Assembly: GCF_009834535.1 (NCBI RefSeq)
Contig: NC_045696.1
Coordinates: 103,666,001 to 103,730,000 of the forward strand
Length of the DNA: 64,000 nucleotides
Direction of reading: 5' to 3'
Origin: Camelus ferus
Lineage: Eukaryota
This document shows, piece after piece, positions 39,857 to 50,420 of this stretch (position 1 is the stretch's first letter; every line of letters starts with the position of its first letter). A model generated the notes under the pieces. That model did no database searches and had not been told where the DNA came from. It saw only the letters and a list, made by a program, of their open reading frames with translations. The translations under genes were made by a program, and so were the position numbers.

Positions 39857-39951
39857 CTGGACCTCTGAATTGGAATCAACAGGCTGTAGTGAAAACCAAG
39901 TTTCTTTGCCACTATGGTTACACAAGTCTTCTTTTTTGATGGCTACTTTTC
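39857..39951 (-). CDS. RASA2: RASA2 coding exon (~exon 4), C2A: GKVAIKKEDLCNHSGKETWFSLQPVDSNSEVQ
   Basis: 95 nt; acceptor TTTTTATAG|GA, donor CAG|GTAAAT; overlaps ORF 39839..40036. Confidence 0.96.
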
Positions 39952-41010
39952 CTATAAAAAAATAAGTAAAACAATATGAGGAAACATATTTTGTATAATC
40001 ATTAGCACTGTTACATATTATATTTGTAGAAAACATTTTAAAATAATTTACATCTGCTGATATTTTAAAAATCCATTTTTATAAAGCATTTTTCTACATT
40101 CTAAAGAATAAAAAAGTGCCTCACTTTCTTATAACCCCTTGACAGGTCCTTCTCTGGGTCATTTTGAATCAGGGGATTAGACCAAAACTCAATTGTATTT
40201 ATATGCAACTGCATTTTTTAGTACTTACTCAGATTCATGTTTTCACCCAGAGTACATTCAGTGTAAAAAGCAATGCACCACCATAGTGCAAATTAATCCC
40301 CAACTTCTTTAACACTATGAATAAAGCATATGTTTGGTCTGAGCAGATATATCTGCATTTAATAAGAGTGTATAAGCTCCCCGAAGAGAAAAGTAAATCA
40401 ACATCATACGTCACTAATAATATTGAAAACTGACTTGAGACTTATGAGATTAAAATAATTTTATTAAAAATTTCCTTTTATCTAAACATTGTAAACACTG
40501 CTTACATTGCTACAATGCATACCACAAAAAAAAAAAAAAATCAAAGCACTTCCCCAAAGAGTTTCTATTTCTCAGAGAAGGATACAGTACAATGAACAAA
40601 GCAGTACGAGAGGAAGAAACAGAAATGTTCTTATTATAATGAAGTATTTGCCATGTTGGTACAAAGCATTTCCTTCCTCAATTCAAGTTTTAAGAAGCAG
40701 ACAGAGTTTTGCATATGACCGACAATTTATTACAAGATTCAACACAAAAGCTTCAACAAAGGATAAATGCTAAAGTAAAAAATCAGTTCACTTTCTTTTA
40801 TCAAGTAAGAATTTTCATTTTAAGTGCCGTAATCATACCTCATACCTTTTCACTTATGACCTATCTTGGTCTTTTAGTTCAACACTGGAAAACGTTTAGG
40901 AAACAGTAAAAAAACAAAAACTTTCTGTCAAAATACATCAATTTTTGTGTATCAAGCAGAGAGAAAAGGCATAACAGGAAAACAGAGAGAAAATCTGTCT
41001 TTAAAATTTT

Positions 41011-41125
41011 ATTCTGGAATTAGTGGTAATGGTTGCACAACTTCGAATATACTAAAACCCACTGTACTATACACTTTAAAAAGGTAAGTTTTATGGTATG
41101 TGAATTACACAACAATAAAGTTGTT
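41011..41125 (+). mobile_element. L1MB-like 3' end fragment
   Basis: gtggtaatggttgcacaac...atatactaaaacccactg...ttttatggtatgtgaatta...caataaag. Confidence 0.7.
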
Positions 41126-41620
41126 AAAATTTAATTATATTAAAATTTTTGATAAGCTTATCTTCCTACTTAGGACTTAGAATGCAAACTACAAAAACTA
41201 CCTATATGTGTAATTTAAAATCAGGCAAGGAGAGGAAACACAAAAGAAATGAAGGAACTATAGACACAGAAACCATCTTGTCGGTCTCTAAATAAAAAGA
41301 GTATTCTTAGATAAAGCACCACTTCTAAGCATTTTCTTACCATCCATAACTACCATATTATATTGGGGTCCCATTTTTAAGACACAACATATTCTTAGAA
41401 ATTTCGTCCTGATACAGATAACCAACTGGCAAAATCTTGGCCACTAGTAGAAATAGCTAAAAGGGTAGATAAAAGTAGTGGTAAGTGTGCCTGCCTATAC
41501 AAGATGAAATAGGACCAGAGGACTGAAAAAATTCTGGCAAATATCAACAACAGCCATCCAGTCAATGGCAACACTTAGATGCCCTAGTATACAGGGTTTA
41601 GATTGACATGTTCTGGTTTC

Positions 41621-41885
41621 TGTGGCAGATGGATATATAGTGGCTTCCGATAAATCATACTTCCTTGGTCTATGCCATTGCGTGGTCCCCTCCAGCACTG
41701 ACTCTGGTTTTGGCCACGGCACTGACTTTTGCCAATGGGACATCAGCAAATGTTATGCAAGCAGAGTCTCAAGAAGCACCTGTGCAGCAGTAAGGCTTAC
41801 CCTCTTAGAACCTCAACACCGCGAAGAGAGGGAGGTCCAGGTAATAGCCAGCACCAGCCATCAGACATGTGGGTCAGACCATTAA
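41621..41885 (+). mobile_element. MLT1-type (ERVL-MaLR) LTR fragment
   Basis: Starts TGTGGCAG; gactctggttttggccac..gacttttgccaatgggacatcagcaaatgt..gcaagcagag motif. Confidence 0.65.
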
Positions 41886-41989
41886 GCTTGGTCACCAAAG
41901 TATAGTCTTAGGCAATTTTCAGACAGTAGGTTTGAGTTAAGAGCTAAATGCCAGGATAAATTATAATTCAAAGTGTTGGAAAACACCTT

Positions 41990-42110
41990 AGCTCTCTTAA
42001 ACCCACCCTTATTTTACAGGTGAGCAAGGCCTAAGAAAGTAAAGTGACTTGTTTAAGGTCACAAAGCCAGTTAATGATGGAGTCATGACTGTAATTCAGG
42101 TCTCTGATAC
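41990..42110 (-). mobile_element. MIR SINE fragment
   Basis: attttacaggtgag..aaagtgacttgtttaaggtcacaaagccagt antisense core. Confidence 0.65.
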
Positions 42111-42316
42111 TCTAGCGAAATTCTCTTACTTCGTATCATTCTGAACCAGAGGAAAGCAAAACAAGTTAACCAGTCTAAGAAAACTGTAGTTTAACTGTTT
42201 GACCCTAGATTCCCCTGAAAACTAAAATAATAAGAAAATACACATTAGAAGGTTAAATACATATATTTTCATTTTAATATAATTACGATCCTCATTGGAA
42301 ATGGAATTTTATCCTT

Positions 42317-44031
42317 TTTTTTTTCAAAGATGAGAATTTTTAATGGTACAAGCAAGTTGAAAAAATTAATTTAACCCTACAAATTCTGCACCAACAAGAC
42401 ATCCTGCGCCCAGGATTTGACTTTAGGGAAAAGAAGGTCCACAAAAAAAATGTGTCCATCCATGTTTATAGCAGTTTTTAAAGTTCACTTCTATGACTGG
42501 TGTATAATAGTCACCAACACTGTTTTGAGAAATGAGGCCTAATGAATATTCTAATATTCATTAAACATTCTGCTCAGTTACCATATTCCTTTCACCACTA
42601 AGAAGACATAACCCAAGCATTTGCTGAATATAGAAAAAGGTCATCATTTCGTGATGTGTTCTAAGAATTCCAATATTTTTTTGTTTTGTTTTGTTCATTT
42701 ATTCTTTTTACCCTTTCTTTTTTTTTTTTTTTTTGAGCACTTTTAGCATCTCTGCCATCTCTTCTTGTTTAGACTACAGGAATCTTGGACCAGTTCTTGG
42801 ACCAGAGAATTGAGTTCCTTCCTCAAACGCACATTGACCCTCATCACTTTTCTGCACATATCAGTGAGGCTAAGTATATTAAATAAATCTCTGTTGAGCC
42901 TGGCATGCTCTACAGATTTCTCCATGCCAGCATTCTCCTTTTTAGCAGCACCAATCTTGTCAATAAGTTGGTATTTCTCCTCAATCAATGCAGCCAGCAT
43001 TTTTGACAACTTCTCTTTGTGTTTTCCATAAAGTCGACTTCTACAAGACTGAGCAAGTCTGAAAGTACATAAGACACCCAACAGGAAGCTGATGACAGGC
43101 AGACATGCCACTGTCCACCCTTCTAGGGTCTGAAAAGTGAACCATGAACTCAGGCCACTGGGCAGCAGCAACACCACAAACTCACTCAGCTTCCCAAAGA
43201 AGAGCCTTAAGCCAAGCTCCACAAAGGATGGCAGCCCCTCCATGGCACTGATCCACCACAGGGCTCTGCCCAGTTACCATGGATACACCAGCCACAATAA
43301 GCCCTGGGAACACACCAACATTCTACCTGGAACCCAACCAGCAACTGACATCCTAGATTGGTCAGGTATCTTGTCAGTGTTGGGAGAGGGGCTGTGTCAG
43401 AGGAGAGGTTTGTCACGAAAATGTGATTCTCTCCACTAGGGTCTAATTGTAACTTTTTCTTCCCTCTTTCCTTTTGTGTTGATCTCAATACACAATACAA
43501 ATGGTGTGAAGTGTGTCCATGTGAAAGTTACGGTTTCACATGTCTTTAAAATTTCTAAAACCTGACAGTATCTGAAGAACCACTGTAGTAATTATGTTAG
43601 AATCATAGCCATTAACACAGAATATACACCTCTGTCCCATTTCTACTGAAACACACACACTCATCATGGATCCATCAGATTCGTGGGGGCTGAATTTCAT
43701 GGAAAGGAAATCAACTGCAATGTACAAGTTTTTTATTTAGTTATAGTCAGTTTACAAAGCTGTGTCAATGCTTGTATACACTTTCATGTCTGTCTCTTTT
43801 GCTCTCAGTACTGTTTTTAGAGCTACATGCCTGTTTTTATATGAATATGCCATTCATTCTGTTCATACGGGTGGAATATGCCTTTCATTCATTCTGTTGG
43901 AAGGCTTGTAAGAGTATATCACAAACTATTAATCCATTCTCTTAATAATAGACATTTGAGTTAGTTCAAGTTTTGTTATCATGAATCAGTATTTTTGAAT
44001 ATTTATGCACACATCCTTTTCTAAATCTCTG
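42317..44031 (-). pseudogene. Processed retrocopy of a diverged cTAGE5/MIA2-like transcript (ORF 42743-43243)
   Basis: The 166-aa ORF has a hydrophobic TM segment followed by RSRLY..EKLSKMLAALIEEK, resembling the cTAGE5 N-terminus. Intronless; ATTAAA at 42339-42344, A10 tail at 42315-42324, 16-bp TSD atggaattttat(c/t)ctt at 42301-42316 and 44032-44047. Confidence 0.85.
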
Positions 44032-45179
44032 ATGGAATTTTATTCTTATATAAAGCTTTTCTTTCCTCTTTTCCTCTCTTTTTGAGAGAAAAAGACATTA
44101 TATCTTAGGATAATATAGCACAGTAAAAGACCTTGAAAACCTTAATTTTACAATTTCCTATCTTTTTGTAGTAATGCTTTCTAGGTCTCAAGTTTTTAAT
44201 TACTCCATAATCAAGTTTTTGTACTAACTGTTCCTGGCATATAAAGACGTCTAATATGAAAAACTTTGCCCATATTGGTAACAGTTATAACTTTCAGGAA
44301 GGGGACTGGGAGGTGGGAGTCAGTGGTCAAAATTAATTATCTGTAATACTATAATTTAAATTTTCTTACAAAAAGAAAAATATCCATATATTACCATATA
44401 TGGAAGGTAATATCCATGTATTACCTATACAATTAAAAATAAAAAACAAAAAGCTCTCAAAGCTATTCAACCAGTTCACATTCTCAGCTCTTCTTATGTT
44501 TGAAAGATAGTTCTCTCAAATTTAACTCAAATTACATTCCCAGAAAATGCTATGGCACTGTTTAACCTACAACAGAGCAACTCAGAGTCATAGAATAGTT
44601 AAGGGAACTCAATTTCCAGCAGCTTGAAATTAAAAACAACAACAACAAACCCCCCCTAATCTTATGAGTTAATGACAAAAGAAAATATGTTAAACTAAAA
44701 AATGCAAAAATTTATAAGTGAAAATATCAAGACCATTTTCCAACTAGTTTTTTCTTTTTCGTTTGGTTTCTTTCTTTTTTTTTTTTTTTTTTGCTTTTTC
44801 TTCTTTTCCAACTTTAAAAACTATGCACATACTGTGTTTACTTTAATAATTCCTATTTGTAAAAGGAAAAATAATTTCTGCTAAGTGAAGAAGTTTTATT
44901 TCCTAATAAGAATAAACTTATTTTTTTAAAAGCTTCCATACCAAGTTATTGCCTTCTGATACCACTCTACAAAGAATTGATTTTTACTTAAATTAAAATT
45001 TTTACTTTAAAAATAAACAAAAAATGAAACAAGGGCAACTTTTACAAATCATAATTATAAACCTCAATTAAAGCCTTTACGAGAAACACTAAATGATGAC
45101 TATGTATAAATAAGACAATGAAAATTACAAAACATTTTCTTAAAAAGTCATGATAATCAAAGATACACACTCTTTCAAG

Positions 45180-46480
45180 GGTCACTAATAACAGCCAACA
45201 GCCTCTATGCAATCTTTATCCTACTCTCTCTCTAGTTATTAAAAGATCTCCTTGCCTTCTGAGATACTGCTCTCTCCTATCTCTCTTCTGACCTTTCTGA
45301 TACACTATCAATCTTCACTGAAGCCTCATTTTCCCTGCAACCCTCCTTAACTGCTTCCAGGGCAATTTCATTCATTTTGGTAGAGGCTTCAAGTATCACT
45401 CAATGCTAATGACTCTCAGATCCACATCTCCACATCAAGTCCAGATCTCTTCCCTAAACTTCAGATCTGTTTTTCCAACAGCCAACCAACATGTCCACCA
45501 AGATAGAGCCCAGGTAATACAACAAGTTTAACTTGTCTGAAGCCAAAGACATCCTCTCCCCGTCCCATCCCCCACTCAAAACTGAATGGTCTTTTTCACA
45601 GTTTATCGCAGTTAATGAATAAGAGCCACAGACAACAAGACCATTTTTAACTCCTTCTCTTCTTATATCCTCTGTATCTCCTTAGTCCCTAAATCCTATT
45701 TGAAGGCTACTCCTGTGAGGTACATGCCATCATTTACATTTCCACAGCCATTACCCTTCATCTCATTTGAAAACAGCTTCCTTGATGACCTCCCTGCCAT
45801 TAACCTCTTGCTATTCTAAACCATAAACTATAGATTACATATTTAAAGTATGTGTATGTATACCTAAAAAAAACTGCGTGTGTATATATAGTTATATATA
45901 ATTACACATATATACTTTAACTATGTATTTCTAGAGACACTGAGTTTGCAGTTTGAGATTTATTGCTTAGGCCACAGAAAGTTGTTAAACTACAAACGTC
46001 TATTTGTATATATAGTTATATATAACTTTCAAAAGCCTCCTCATTCTAAAAAGGCTCAGTACTACTGTCTATAGGATAGAGTCCAATTCCTTAGCACAGC
46101 TTTTAGGGTCACCACAACTTGGCCCAATTTGTATTTCCAGATTCACCAGCTACCACACTGCTCTGAAGTAATTTATACACTCCAGCACATACACCACAAA
46201 GATTCACTTTTTCTTCTCTGCTTCTGCTAATCCCTGTTATCTTGAAACTCAGGGTAGTCTCTGTTCTCTGCTAATCCTCCACCAAACAAAATTAACTCTT
46301 CTTTCCTCTGTGCTCCCAAGTACTTTGTTCCCACCTCCAGTACAGACCCTATTAAATACATTAGTATTAGAGTACACATCTGCCTCCCTGATAGCCTGGG
46401 AGCAACTTGAATCTTATTCATCTTAATATTCCCATCTTTCGTGTGCTACAGAAGTGTTTGTAAATGTTCGTTTAACTGAA
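45180..46480 (+). mobile_element. LINE-2 remnant
   Basis: ccagatctcttccctaaacttcag, gtccaattccttagcacagc, and a terminal taaatgttcgtttaactgaa. Confidence 0.55.
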
Positions 46481-46769
46481 TTGAGGATAGAGCCTCAAGG
46501 GTAATCCATAATTAAAGGTCTGCTAGAAAGAGAAAAGTCCACATATAAGTAAAGGAGTCAGAAGAAAGACAACTAGGAAAATGCAGTGACATTAAACTGT
46601 CTTTTCTTTGGCTTTCAATAAACTGAATAAACAGTTCAGAGAGTCTAATGTGACACAGAGGCAGAAGGCGATTGAAAACTACGAAAATGCCTTTTGTGAT
46701 AGAGAAAAAGTATTTGTTATGTATACAGCTGACAAAAGTTAACATACTTAATAAATACAGATGTATAGG

Positions 46770-47560
46770 AATAGATAAAAGATAAAATTCCATCCAAAAG
46801 AAAAATAGACAAAAGAATTAACAACTAATTCATAGAAGAAAAATGTAAAAGACCGATAAACATTTGAAAAATTCCTCAAATTCACTAATAATCAGAAAAC
46901 ATTAAGTTGGAAAAAGAAAATACTACTTTCACCTATCAAATGGAAAAAAAAATTTCAATGATAATATTCAAGAATGACCAGGGCATGATGATGATTATGC
47001 CCATGCTATGCTGGGGGGAATGTAAATTAGTACAATATTTCTGGGAGCCAATGTAAAAATACATACAGGAGAAGCTTAAAAATATTCAAACCCTTTGACT
47101 CAGCATTTTCACTTCTAGGAATTTATCCTAAAAAAAGAGACATGGAAAAGTTTATGCAGAAGGATATTCATAGCAACACCATTTAGAGTATTAAAAATCT
47201 GGAAACATCAATGTCCACCAAGAAAGGAGTGACAAAGGAGTGATAAAGTCATATATTTCTAAAAAAGGATATTAAAAAACAAATTATTTTTGAAAAATAT
47301 TTAATGAAAGAATCATTAGATAATATTAAGTGAAAAAGGAGTGATAAAGTCATGTATTTCTAAAAAAGGATATTAAAAAACAAATTATTTTTGAAAAATA
47401 TTTAATGACATGGGAAAAGAATCATTAGATAATACTAAGTGAAAAAGGAAAAAACTGAATAAATAGTACAACATAACAATACAAATGCATGAAATAAAGA
47501 ATGGGAAGAAATACACAAATTATTAACTGTAACTATTCCTGTGCAAAGTCACTACCAGTC
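46770..47560 (+). mobile_element. Old LINE-1 ORF2 3' remnant
   Basis: Degenerate ORF2 C-terminal motifs (tcactaataatcag, gggaatgtaaattagtaca, ccctttgactcagc..cacttctaggaatttatcc). Confidence 0.65.
47234..47443. repeat. ~101/109-bp tandem duplication
   Basis: Units start aaaggagtgataaagtcat at 47234 and 47335; near-identical except for an 8-bp indel and two substitutions. Confidence 0.92.
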
Positions 47561-48560
47561 CCTAAGAACACAAAGTAATTTTATAATTAAGAAAAAATAT
47601 GATTGTTTTTAAAAGGTTATTTTATTTGCTCCTAAATGATTTTGGCAAATTTCAATTGTCAGAAAAACGTAGAAGCCAGATTACAGGAGATTTAAAGATA
47701 AATAAGTAGTAAGCAGAAGGATACACACCATTTGTTAAATAGTTCAATAGCAAAAGCAGAAACAAATTAGATGGTAGTTAAGAGGTCAAAATCAATTAAA
47801 GCCTAATCATTTAAACTGTAGGAGACGAGCATATTCAAATTGGAAATGAGAGATGGAGACGATGAAATTCAGGACACTAAAAAGGGAGAGTAATACATGT
47901 AAATTACAGACCTCTACCTGTTATTACAGTTCAAAGATAATGGTGCAAAGACCATAAATGTGACACATATGGGGCCAGTTAGCATTGTTCTAGTCCGTGC
48001 CTACAGATTACACCCCAGCCTCAGACAATTATTTAAGAAATAGTTACTGGTCACCAATATGGCCAGAGAGAAAACATATGACTAGATTAAAGTGAATTAT
48101 TACTTCTATTAGAAAAGCTCCAAAAAACAGATGTTCTTTGGAGATCAAATACTGTGATCTTTGTATAAAAACATTCTTTGAACCATTTAACAAATACTTA
48201 CCAAACAGTTACTAAATGTAAGGCAGTCTCTGAGTGACAGTCTCTGCCTTCATAAATATCATATTCAACTAGCGAATCTAGACCTTAAACAACAAAATGA
48301 TGAACAAGTATAATGAATACTACAGAAAGGGACCGATCAGGTACTATGGAAATAGATGAAACCATGACAAGGGGCGGATCAGTTACACCCCTTCCCTGAG
48401 GAAGTGTCATACAAGCTGAGCATACAAATTAAAAATCAGGTCCACAAATGAAGTCTAGAGGAAAGGATTAGAAATGTTGAGCATATTTTCAACACTTTTA
48501 GAGAAAGAATGAGTGTAAACACCAATGTTGTGATTAAAGATAATTATGAATAGTACATAC

Positions 48561-48664
48561 CTATACGAAGGTCTCTTTGTAAAACATTCTTATCATAGAC
48601 ATAGAAAGACAAATATTGGAAAGTTCTTGGAATCTCAAAGTAAAATTCTTCACTGAAAAATGGG
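48561..48664 (-). CDS. RASA2: RASA2 coding exon (~exon 3), C2A: PFFSEEFYFEIPRTFQYLSFYVYDKNVLQRDLRI
   Basis: 104 nt; acceptor TTTTCTCTTCAG|C, donor AG|GTATGT. Confidence 0.96.
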
Positions 48665-49089
48665 CTGAAGAGAAAAGGGGGAAAGTTCATTAAATGTAAA
48701 TTCAACAGTATCCTCAATTAATATTTTCAATAAAATAAATTAAAATTACAAACTAAAACACCATAAAGAAAAGTTTCAATAGCTCCAAAATAATTCTCTA
48801 TGTTATGTTTCAACTAAATCCTGCACAAACCAAGCTGAACTCTACAAGGACCTCAACTGCCAGGCTGGGCTCTGAACAAGCAGATTTGCAGGAGTCCTGT
48901 GGCCAGCAGACCCACTAACTGCCTAGGGTCATGCTCACCTAAAGTGGACACAAGAGCTGAGGACAGTGTTGTTCACACCATCATCATCTCAGAAATACGT
49001 AAAGCTAAATTAATCACAATAATATAACATCTAAAGTGGGTAATGTTATATAAAATGTTAAACATATTCTTCAAAAAAATAAAACAAGA

Positions 49090-50420
49090 TATTTTTAATC
49101 CACTTTACTGAGGAATAAATTACATATGATAAAATCCAATTTAAAGTGCAGAGGTTGGGGGGGGAGGGTATAGCTCAAGTGGTAGAGTGCATACTTAGCA
49201 TACACAAGGTCCTGGGTTCAATCCCCAATACCTTCTCTAAAAATAAGTAAGTAAACCTAACTACTCACCCACCCCCTCAAAAGTGCAGAGGTTGTGACTT
49301 TTGATAAAATTATAAACCTGTGTAGCCTCCATCCCAATTAAGATACAGTAACATTTCTATCTCCTCATAAAGTTACTCTACCATACCAGCCACAGTGATC
49401 TGATTTCTGTCACTAAAGATCTGCTGTAGGATTTCATATAAATGGAATCAAATGGTTAAGTACATTTGTGTCCAGCTTCTTTCACTCAGCTTAATGTCTG
49501 AGATTTTTTTTCCTATTTTGTTACATATATCACTAGTTCATTAGCTTTAATTGCTGGATAACATTCCATTTATGAATATTCCACAATCCATTCTCCTAGT
49601 GATGTCATCTGACTTGCTTCCAATTTGGGCAATTAAAAATAAAGCTGTATGAATATTTGTACGCACAGCCCTTTTATGCTTTCAGTTCTTCTGTGTATGT
49701 AACTATAAGTGGAGTTGCCGAGTTAAAGGGTAGGTGAATTTTTAATTTATGGGAAATTGTCAAACTGTTTCCAACCTGATTGTACCATTTTCCTCTGCTA
49801 CCAGCAGTGCAGGAGAGAGCTTCAGGTGCTCTGTATCATTGTCAACTTTTGCTACCAAAACTTTTTAAAATCAGATATTCTAGTGAATTTGACATGATAA
49901 ATTTATACCCCTGTGTAATCTCTACCCCAATCAAGATAAAGACATTTCCATCTCCCTAGAAAGTCCCCTTGTGCAGTCACTTCATACTATCACAGGGACC
50001 AGTGGTCTGATTTCTATCATGATACATTATGTTCAAGAATCTATAGTGACAGAAATGGTTTTAAACTACATTTCCCTGATGACTCATGATGTTAAATATC
50101 TTTTCATGTGCTTGCTGGCCATTTGTATATCTTACTTTAGGAAACATCTGTCTGAGTTTTCCCCACATATTTTAAAAGGGTTGTCTATCTTCTATTTTTT
50201 TTTTAAAGAAATTTTGGATACAAGTCCTTTGTCAAAATATTTTCTTCCAGGCGTGGCCTGCCATTTCATTTTCTTGCCAGTGTCTGTTGAAGAGCAGAAG
50301 GCTCTGATTCTGATAAAATCCAATTTATCAAGTTACCTCTTTTATGGCTGATGCTTTTAGCATCCTAAGTAAAGAAATCTTTGCTTACCCCTAAGTTGCT
50401 AAGATTTTCTCCTATGAAAC
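49090..50420 (-). mobile_element. Old LINE-1 3'/ORF2 remnant with nested SINE
   Basis: Antisense L1 motifs (tttcatataaatggaatca, atcttttcatgtgcttgctggccatttgtatatc). Confidence 0.7.
49158..49279 (+). mobile_element. tRNA-derived SINE (vic-1-like), nearly tail-less
   Basis: tRNA head; perfect 15-bp TSD aaagtgcagaggttg at 49143-49157 and 49280-49294. Confidence 0.9.

Noticed and set aside
42718..42734. T17 run as the poly-A end of the cTAGE-like retrocopy
   Set aside because: No matching TSD or upstream polyA signal; the end at 42315-42324 has ATTAAA and a 16-bp TSD, so this run is internal.
45880..46025. Repeated tgtatatatagttatatataa ~21-mer
   Set aside because: Low-complexity TA-rich sequence; it cannot be distinguished from microsatellite-like recurrence.
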